Below are positions 25,399-32,041 of a stretch of 58,353 nucleotides of DNA, one piece after another. Under the pieces are notes generated by a model that was not told the origin of the DNA, searched no databases, and was given only the letters and a program-made list of their open reading frames with translations. The position numbers and the translations under genes were made by a program. Within the stretch, counting starts at the first letter, position 1. Each line of letters opens with the position of its first letter. The stretch covers positions 9,263 to 67,615 of the forward strand of contig CAZLSV010000012.1 in NCBI GenBank assembly GCA_964562235.1, given 5' to 3'. This stretch comes from an uncultured Desulfatibacillum sp. Lineage in GTDB: Bacteria; Desulfobacterota; Desulfobacteria; Desulfobacterales; SpSt-501.

Positions 25399-27543
25399 TC
25401 AAATGGCATTCGGGAATTGGGACAATTTCTCGGAAAGATCCGAAGGCTGCCCGGTGGTGGATTTTACGGATTTCCAGAAAATTCCCTCTTTCGGTATCCT
25501 CTTCCTGCCCAACACAACCAATTCCAGCGGGATCATGACATACTCGGTCAACCATTGGCTTATCATAAAATCCCGGTATCCAGCCATTGAACCATCCACC
25601 GCCAAGCACCCCAATCTTTCACCAAATATGATATCGGCGGAACTCGGCGGAATTGACCGTATGAGATGTCGCGGTTCATTTTTGAATACACGAAATTCCT
25701 TCCAATACCCGCCCCTGTTATTGAGTGCTTCGCGGAGCGAGTTGGTTATAATCTTGATCCCGGCGCTTCGCAATTCATCGGGGGTCTGTCCCTTGACCCT
25801 ACATCCGTTTTCAAAAAATTTTTGTACTTCTGCGATCTCTTCGGCATTCATTTTAGCTGTTCGTATCGTTTCGGTTTCGAGAGCATCCGTTGGCAATGCC
25901 GTTTCCGCCAGCAGGACTATACCATATGGAGTTTTTGCCTCCGGCCCTTGGGAATATCGCTTTTCAAGTTTCTCGATAATATAGTCAACGACTTTTGTGG
26001 TCTTGAAGGGGTGCTCCGGAATAAGCACTAAATCGCATACCCCGCTGGCGATGGCCGCATGAGTTACGACAAAGCCGGAATCAGACCCAAACAATTGGAT
26101 GATACAAATTCTGGGGTTGGAAGTGACTTCGGTGTATATTTGCCGAATGGCTCCCGTCGCCCATTCTACAGCTGACAGGAATCCAAATGATTGCCAGACC
26201 CAAAGTATGTCATTGTCCATGGTTTTGGGGATCCCGATTATCGCTATTCCCTCATCCCTCTCTGCCGTCAACTCTTTTCTTTCTTTCGCCAGTTCTCTGG
26301 AAAAATTTGACAATGCATGCGCAGCCCGCATGCTTCCGTCACCTCCGATAATATATAAAATATTGATTTCATCATTTCGCAATCTGTCAGCAACCTCTCT
26401 TAAATGGCTCCCACGATTCAATGGATTCATCAAATCATCGGCCCTGGATGTGGGAATAATGGAACCCCCCTCGTCAATCTTCGTGTAAATTGTCTTTTCG
26501 AGCCAATTGGGGTTGCGGTCTCTGCCATGAACATGGGTTGAATAAAGCACTTTTCGCCGTGCCCCCAAGAAATTCCGCATCAGTGATTTAAACCCTTCAA
26601 GGTACCCATAAATCGTAAGGTTATAGTGAGGTTGCCCGCCGTTGTCGGCGGTGGAGTCGTACAGAACGTGCCTTTTGATGATACCCGCGATGACCGCATT
26701 TATCCCAGGTGCGATTCCTCCGGAGACCACAATTCCCACGTTCAGAGATCGGCTGGGCCTTGGGAAATGCAGAAATTTTCGTGGCCCCGCCTCCGGGAAT
26801 GTCAATTGCAGCTTTGTCAAGCATTTTGAGCCGTCATTGGGGTGGTACTCGGAGAGAGCCGCCGGCACGACGCGGGGATCCTTGGGCTTGTCCGTTGCTG
26901 AGTCGACATCCCGGTAGGCCCCGATTTTGTCTTCAGAAACCGGATTGATGGTATTGCCCTCTACCCTATCAATGATCGGCCACTCAATCGGGCACCCCTG
27001 CTTAACCCTTTCAATAGACAGTGTTCCATTACCTCTAATAAACTCTTTGATTATGTCTTTCTCATAATCAAAGGGATAACCGATCGGCAACCCATCTTCC
27101 GATGTCCACCCCAGTTTTAAAATCCGCATGAGCTCTTTTGCGCATCGCAGTGCCTCACCCTCAATGTGTTTCATAAAATTTTCATTTACGACAATCGCTG
27201 TTAGATCCTCCAGTTTTTTGAAAAGATCCTTTTGTTCATTTGACGGGCTTAAAGGAATCGATTGCTTGTAGTTCGGAAGCTTTATCGGAATGATGACTTT
27301 GTTCAAATTGTTAGCCCGGGTCAGTTCTTCAAATTGTATCAGACCCAGTTCTGTGCCCCAGAAAAAAATAAAAAAATCACAATCGTCGATTTCTTTTTTT
27401 AATTGTTCTTTAAAAACTCCCGCCTCCCCCGACTCATTCCAATAGAAAAATTCAACGGATGGTTGTTTTTTTATAAAAAAAAGAAGTTTGCTTGAGAAAA
27501 TTTCTTCTTCTGATTTGAACTTGTAGCAAAAGAAAAACTTCAT
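25399..27543 (-). CDS. TIR-like N-terminal domain fused to a phosphofructokinase-family (PFK) domain
   Basis: 714 aa. N-terminus FFFCYKF...DCDFFIFFWGTELGLIQFEEL follows the TIR-type beta-alpha pattern. PFK motifs: GIVVSGGIAPGINAVIAG, YIIGGDGSMRAAHAL, IIGIPKTMDNDI, SFGFLSAV. The SD GAGGGG overlaps the upstream gene's stop. The DNA is AT-rich. Confidence 0.8.
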   Translation of the reverse strand: MKFFFCYKFKSEEEIFSSKLLFFIKKQPSVEFFYWNESGEAGVFKEQLKKEIDDCDFFIFFWGTELGLIQFEELTRANNLNKVIIPIKLPNYKQSIPLSPSNEQKDLFKKLEDLTAIVVNENFMKHIEGEALRCAKELMRILKLGWTSEDGLPIGYPFDYEKDIIKEFIRGNGTLSIERVKQGCPIEWPIIDRVEGNTINPVSEDKIGAYRDVDSATDKPKDPRVVPAALSEYHPNDGSKCLTKLQLTFPEAGPRKFLHFPRPSRSLNVGIVVSGGIAPGINAVIAGIIKRHVLYDSTADNGGQPHYNLTIYGYLEGFKSLMRNFLGARRKVLYSTHVHGRDRNPNWLEKTIYTKIDEGGSIIPTSRADDLMNPLNRGSHLREVADRLRNDEINILYIIGGDGSMRAAHALSNFSRELAKERKELTAERDEGIAIIGIPKTMDNDILWVWQSFGFLSAVEWATGAIRQIYTEVTSNPRICIIQLFGSDSGFVVTHAAIASGVCDLVLIPEHPFKTTKVVDYIIEKLEKRYSQGPEAKTPYGIVLLAETALPTDALETETIRTAKMNAEEIAEVQKFFENGCRVKGQTPDELRSAGIKIITNSLREALNNRGGYWKEFRVFKNEPRHLIRSIPPSSADIIFGERLGCLAVDGSMAGYRDFMISQWLTEYVMIPLELVVLGRKRIPKEGIFWKSVKSTTGQPSDLSEKLSQFPNAI

Positions 27544-27555
27544 AATTTTTCCCCT

Positions 27556-28623
27556 CTATATTTTTTTGATAATACTGACAATTGATTTCAAAACAAATTT
27601 CCTTGAGTTGGCAGCCCCACCCGGTTGTGTTTTCAGCAATTCCCCAATCTCCCGGTCGAACAGTTCCAGTTTCGCCTGGATGCTGGGTGCATGACGAGTA
27701 AAAATCGTCTGCTGGTAGCCTCCTCCGATAGCCGCCGATACGGATTCGGCCAAAAACCAGTTGCCCACCATGGTGATGTTGCTCGAGGTCGGCATTCGCT
27801 CGCTGACCGCTACTCGCACGAGATGATCCGGCATGGATTCCAGGAATGCCAAAAGCTCCGTCAAGCGGACTTTTCTGGCGACTTCTCCATACTTGCTGTA
27901 AGTCAAGGAAGGCTTGATAATTAGGCTGCACCCGGACTGGCGGGCATGCTCCTCGAGCGCCAGTCGTTCTTCGCGTTGCAACCGGCACCGGTAATCGCCG
28001 GGCTTGAGAGGCCCATATCGCGCTTCCCAATCCGGATGAGTGATCGGCTTGTCGGGTATGTGGAAGGAACTGAGGGCTCCTTTTTGCCTCACATGTCCGT
28101 GGGCGCCCAGCTCAAGGACCTTCTTGGCATAAGCCACCATCATAGTTGTTCTCTCTTCCTGGTACTGTGCGCACTCAAACAGCGCCTGTGATTCCAACTG
28201 CGCGCGCCGCACCAGGGAGTCGAACACCTTAATGTCCAATTTCGGTTTGTTGATCCGGCGCCAATATTTTCCCTCTTCCCACCGGACGGCCTGCAGCTCC
28301 TGGATCATCGCTCCCGGCATCTGGCCGTTGCTGATCGGCAGCACCGGTATGTTCAGCGCCATGGCATAACCGATTTCCTGGTGAACCCAACCGCGGCTGC
28401 TGGATTCCTTGGTGATGACCGGCATGAAAACGTGGGCGTGGGAGATGAAATTCTTGATTTGGTTTGTGAAGCCGTGTCCAGATGAAAAGCTTCTATCCAG
28501 CATGGACTGCAGACCGTTTTCCTCCAGAATGGTGGAGATCCGGTCCACTAATTCCGCATCTTGGTGGGAATAGCTGATGAAAACCCGGTATTTGTTTTCT
28601 TCTTCAGCTCTGTGGTTCACCAT
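27556..28623 (-). CDS. TIR-domain protein with an unassigned ~220-aa C-terminal domain, first gene of the operon
   Basis: YRVFISYSHQDAELVDRISTILEENG ... HVFMPVITKESSSRGWVHQEIGYAMALNIPVLPI is a TIR_2 pattern with Glu in the W..E position. I recognised no family for the rest of the protein. Confidence 0.8.
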   Translation of the reverse strand: MVNHRAEEENKYRVFISYSHQDAELVDRISTILEENGLQSMLDRSFSSGHGFTNQIKNFISHAHVFMPVITKESSSRGWVHQEIGYAMALNIPVLPISNGQMPGAMIQELQAVRWEEGKYWRRINKPKLDIKVFDSLVRRAQLESQALFECAQYQEERTTMMVAYAKKVLELGAHGHVRQKGALSSFHIPDKPITHPDWEARYGPLKPGDYRCRLQREERLALEEHARQSGCSLIIKPSLTYSKYGEVARKVRLTELLAFLESMPDHLVRVAVSERMPTSSNITMVGNWFLAESVSAAIGGGYQQTIFTRHAPSIQAKLELFDREIGELLKTQPGGAANSRKFVLKSIVSIIKKI

Positions 28624-28905
28624 AACGACTATTTTGCTGGCCCCGGTGGTTCAGCGCATGCCTCTTCAAAGCGAAGAGGTTAAAAAGCAAACTTTTGACG
28701 GCTGCCGAGAAGAGCGCAGAAAATGAAAAAAGCGCTCGTATTTCGCATCGTTGGAAAGGGACAAATAAAGTCTGACACCAACTTTACATCAATGCGCAGG
28801 CCGGTGTGCGGCCGAAGAGTCAGGCGGTAGGGGGGCGGATATCCGACCGAAACGGACAGAGACATCAGCCAATCCCAAAGGGTCTTGGGGTTCATGAGGA
28901 GGGAT

Positions 28906-28939
28906 GAAAAACGTGCTCCGTCCTGAGCACCGACGGAGC
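28906..28939 (-). terminator. Intrinsic terminator of the 28979..29242 gene
   Basis: The minus strand reads GCTCCGTC-GGTGCTCAG-GACGGAGC followed by ACGTTTTTC. It separates the core gene from the TIR operon promoter region. Confidence 0.6.
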
Positions 28940-28978
28940 ATGTCTTCCATTATTTTATAGACCTGAAAAAGTCAAGCC

Positions 28979-29242
28979 TCAGCAGGTGAACGGGTAGAAG
29001 TGATGGTAGCAGTAACCGCCGGGGTCGCCGTAGGCCACTTCGACGTCCGCCAGGCAGGAGCCGATCGCCTCTTTTGAGACATCCTCGTAATCGGGCCGCT
29101 TCTCCTCGGCGCGTTTGCAGGGCAGGCAGATCGGCTCGTGATCGTAGACCGAGAGGATGCGCTGGTCTTTCGGGGCTAGCTTGGCGTTGCAGCGATGGCA
29201 TTGGGTCGCGCAGGAGAGTTTTTCCTTCCAGCTTTCGGACAT
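28979..29242 (-). CDS. Small Cys-rich (zinc-ribbon-like) protein
   Basis: 87 aa with CATQCHRCN ... ICLPCK Cys pairs. RBS GAGGAG. GC-rich like the core genome. Confidence 0.55.
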   Translation of the reverse strand: MSESWKEKLSCATQCHRCNAKLAPKDQRILSVYDHEPICLPCKRAEEKRPDYEDVSKEAIGSCLADVEVAYGDPGGYCYHHFYPFTC

Positions 29243-29370
29243 GGGAGGCTCCTCGAGAGAGTTTTACGTTTCAAGTTTTAAGTTTTAAGTTAACCACGAA
29301 CGCCCCCAGGTACAGGGGAATATTGATCCGGACGAAGCGCAGTGCCGAAGTCGGGCTTTCGGCGAGGTCG

Positions 29371-29583
29371 TCATTTTTTCTTCATAAAATCCTGCACCAG
29401 CTCCTTCATGATGTCAAGCAGGTTGCCGCCGCGCTCCTTGGCGATGCGGTGGGCGTCGTCGACGATCCTGCCGGCCTGCTGCCGGATCTCGCCCTCGGAG
29501 GGCGCCGTCAGTTTCTGCTTCTCGTACTGCCAGCGCAGGAATCGCGCCGCCAGTTTTTCTTCCTGATTTCTGAAAAATCCCAT
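29371..29583 (-). CDS. Small conserved-looking hypothetical protein (70 aa), translationally coupled to holA
   Basis: MGFFRNQEEKLAARFLRWQYEKQKL...DIMKELVQDFMKKK. Its ATG lies 2 nt after the holA stop. It is the only credible part of the 569-aa track ORF 29371..31080. Confidence 0.55.
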   Translation of the reverse strand: MGFFRNQEEKLAARFLRWQYEKQKLTAPSEGEIRQQAGRIVDDAHRIAKERGGNLLDIMKELVQDFMKKK

Positions 29584-29585
29584 GT

Positions 29586-31055
29586 TCAGCCCTTCGGCGG
29601 AGCGGACGCGCACATCTTCAGAACGACCCGCTCCAGAATCAGGCGCGGCGCGATGGGCGATGACTTCAGCTTCAGGTCGGCCTCGTTCGCCGCCTCCAGC
29701 GCCGCCAGCAGTTCGGCCGGGCTGAAGCGGTCCGATTTTTTCAAAAGCTGGTAAACCGGAAACGCATTGGCGGGCGATTTGGCCATCACCAGGTCCGTGA
29801 CGGCCTTGGTCTTTTTCTTCTTCTCCCCGCCGGTCTCCGGGTCCGCCAGGGCTTTGTCCCAGCCCTCCAGGCGGGCCAGGAGGTCGCGGTCGTACTGCAC
29901 GACGGCCGGCATGACGTTCTTCTGGAACTGAGGGTAGCTGCAGCCCGGATTCCAGGCCGCGCCGGCCGGGCTCGAGGTGAAATCCTTGGCCACGATCAGC
30001 TTGCGCACCTGGTTCACGATGGCCGCCAGCGCCTGCAGGCCGTGAATCTCGCCCGCCAGCAGCGCCTTCAGGAAAAAGAGCGCCTTTTCCGCGTCCCGGT
30101 CCGTGACCGCGTTGGTGAATTCGAACAGGGGGTCCTTCTTGGTGCGCGTGAGGGCCGCCCCCACGTCCTCGGGCGTGATCTCGCGGCGTTCGCCGGCGTA
30201 ATCGACGAGGGTCCGCAGGTTGTTCGAAAAGGTGCCGGGCTCGAAGCCGGTCGTCTCGCAGAGGGCCAGGAAGGCCGCGCGGCTCATGGTTTTGCCGGAA
30301 GGCCCGAGGATCGCCTTCATGTGCTCGGAGAGCACCGCCTCCTGGGCCTCCTTGTCGGCCTTGCGCTCGCCCGTGGGCACCGAGCAGTCGACCACGACCC
30401 CTTTTTCGCGAATGAGTTTGTAGAGGCTGCGCCGCCGATCGGCGATGTCCGTGGCGATGATGAGGTGGTGCCCCTTCGGAAAACCGTTTGCGACCGCCTG
30501 CTCCAGAAGGCCGGCGGCGTCTGCCCCCGCCGGAACCGTGAGGCGACCGGAGGCGCAGTGCTCCAGGATGCGATCGATCCAGGCGTCGTCCTCTCCCGGA
30601 TCGTATCCGGAAGGCAGGAGTTCCGAGCGGCTCGAGGCTTTCACCTCCTCCAGGGAGAGTTTCAACTGGGCCAGCAGCGCCAGGAAACGCCGGGCGGCGC
30701 GGGGCAGGTCGCCCTCGGACTGGGCCTCGCGGGCGCCGGCCAGCAGCTTTCCGGCATCCTCCCGAGTGTGAAACAGCCGCGCATCCTTGAGGGCCACGAC
30801 CTTGGTCCCCCCCAGCAGAGAGTAAGTGTTGAGGCTTGCCACCACGTCGCCGATCCCGGCCGCGGCGCCGTCGAACGGTTCGTAGTTGAGGCTCTCCTGG
30901 GCGCCGGGAAGGAGGCAGCGCAGGACCTCGTCGAAGGCCATGCGGACGAACAGTTCCTCGCCGTGGATCAGGTGCACGGCGGCCGGGGCGCGCAGGGCCG
31001 GCGGCTCGATGCTTTCGAGGTAGGTCCTGAACTCCTGGTAGGTGATTTCGGGCAT
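29586..31055 (-). CDS. holA: DNA polymerase III delta subunit (HolA-like), long form
   Basis: The N-terminus (AVHLIHGEELFVRMAFDEVLRCLLP ... NYEPFDG) and overall helical clamp-loader pattern are typical of HolA. At 489 aa it is longer than the usual ~340 aa. Confidence 0.65.
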   Translation of the reverse strand: MPEITYQEFRTYLESIEPPALRAPAAVHLIHGEELFVRMAFDEVLRCLLPGAQESLNYEPFDGAAAGIGDVVASLNTYSLLGGTKVVALKDARLFHTREDAGKLLAGAREAQSEGDLPRAARRFLALLAQLKLSLEEVKASSRSELLPSGYDPGEDDAWIDRILEHCASGRLTVPAGADAAGLLEQAVANGFPKGHHLIIATDIADRRRSLYKLIREKGVVVDCSVPTGERKADKEAQEAVLSEHMKAILGPSGKTMSRAAFLALCETTGFEPGTFSNNLRTLVDYAGERREITPEDVGAALTRTKKDPLFEFTNAVTDRDAEKALFFLKALLAGEIHGLQALAAIVNQVRKLIVAKDFTSSPAGAAWNPGCSYPQFQKNVMPAVVQYDRDLLARLEGWDKALADPETGGEKKKKTKAVTDLVMAKSPANAFPVYQLLKKSDRFSPAELLAALEAANEADLKLKSSPIAPRLILERVVLKMCASAPPKG

Positions 31056-31062
31056 GAGAAAT

Positions 31063-31094
31063 AAGGGTCCAAGGGGTCAAGGGGTCGAGGGGTT
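31063..31094. repeat. 8-bp tandem microrepeat (4 units) just upstream of holA
   Basis: AAGGGTCC AAGGGGTC AAGGGGTC GAGGGGTT. Confidence 0.8.
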
Positions 31095-31149
31095 TTTCCT
31101 CTGCTTAGTGGCCTTTTTCATAAATACCATCACGAATTGCGCCACACCG

Positions 31150-31196
31150 CCACCCTCTCCCTGCCCTCCCCCTGAGGAAAAGGGTTAGGGTGGGGG
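31150..31196. repeat. G/C-rich palindromic intergenic element (degenerate family copy 2)
   Basis: CCACCCTCTCCCTGCCCTCCCC...GGGTTAGGGTGGGGG shares CCCTCTCCC and GGGTTAGGGTG-GGGG with the perfect copy at 31910..31965. Confidence 0.55.
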
Positions 31197-31266
31197 TAGC
31201 GCGACGCATGTGGCCGTATTCATGAAACGATGTACTTAGGGATCGACCCCCCCCATTTTTCCCTGC

Positions 31267-31303
31267 ATAAGAATCCGGCCTTCGGTTCAGGCCGGATTCT
31301 TAT
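31267..31303 (-). terminator. Perfect 14-bp hairpin spanning the lspA stop codon (probable U-tract-less terminator or mRNA stabiliser)
   Basis: ATAAGAATCCGGCC-TTCGGTTCA-GGCCGGATTCTTAT. The stop codon lies in the loop. No T-run follows on either strand. Confidence 0.4.
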
Positions 31304-31772
31304 GGAAAAGGAGGTGAAAGGCGAATATGAAAACGCCGATCGTGATGGCGCTGTCGGCGACGTTGAAGGCCGGCCAGTGCAGGTCCCCGACGTACACGTC
31401 GAGAAAATCCACCACGACCCCGAAGCGGATGCGGTCCACCAGGTTGCCGACCGCGCCGCCGAAGACAAGGGCCAGCCCGCAGGCGAGCAGCCGCTGGCCG
31501 GGCGGCGTCTGCCAGTAGAAACAGACGATCAACCCGGCCGCCAGCAGCGACACCGCGATGAACAGCAAGCTCCGGTACTCGTCGCTCATGCCGGCCAGAA
31601 ACCCGAAGGCTCCGCCCGGGTTGTGGACATGGGTGATGTCGAAAAACCCGGGGATGACCGGCACGCTCCGGCCGAGCGGCAGCCGGGCGAGAACCAGCGC
31701 CTTCGTGACCAGGTCCAGGATCAGGACCGTTCCGGAGACCCCGGCCAAGGTGATGAGTTTTTTCGAAAACAT
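31287..31772 (-). CDS. lspA: Lipoprotein signal peptidase II
   Basis: LDLVTKALV, PGFFDITHVHNPGGAFGFLAG, GGAVGNLVDRIRFGVVVDFLDV, WPAFNVADSAITIG. The ATG at 31772 gives 161 aa; the track ORF extends to a TTG at 31856. Confidence 0.9.
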   Translation of the reverse strand: MFSKKLITLAGVSGTVLILDLVTKALVLARLPLGRSVPVIPGFFDITHVHNPGGAFGFLAGMSDEYRSLLFIAVSLLAAGLIVCFYWQTPPGQRLLACGLALVFGGAVGNLVDRIRFGVVVDFLDVYVGDLHWPAFNVADSAITIGVFIFAFHLLFHKNPA

Positions 31773-31909
31773 AAAATCCGCATCCGGTTGGATCTTCGAC
31801 TCAGGGGGAACTTCCGATGATGTCGATTCCTCAATCCCCCCAACCCCCTTTGCCAAAGGGGGCGAAGGGGAATTACTAATCGTCTCGAAATAGTATCGAC
31901 GGAGAGCGG

Positions 31910-31965
31910 CCCCCTCACCCTAACCCTCTCCCCCAAGCCTGGGGGAGAGGGTTAGGGTGAGGGGG
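31910..31965. repeat. Perfect 25-bp-stem G/C-rich palindromic element between ileS and lspA (family copy 3)
   Basis: CCCCCTCACCCTAACCCTCTCCCCC-AAGCCT-GGGGGAGAGGGTTAGGGTGAGGGGG. Confidence 0.9.
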
Positions 31966-32041
31966 TGTCCGCGTCAATACTATTATGCGAAGCTTAGTAT
32001 GTCGCAGCGCGAGGATGACGCCGCTTGCCATGACCCGTTTC

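Noticed and set aside
28680-28895. 71-aa minus-strand ORF in the TIR-operon promoter region
   Set aside because: It has no SD and no recognisable family, and it lies between a terminator and the operon start. It cannot be excluded as a small leader or membrane peptide, but it is unsupported.
29371-31080. 569-aa minus-strand ORF overlapping holA in another frame
   Set aside because: Apart from the last 70 aa, which are annotated as a separate small gene, the translation is Arg/Pro/Gly-rich nonsense. The holA frame carries the meaningful sequence.
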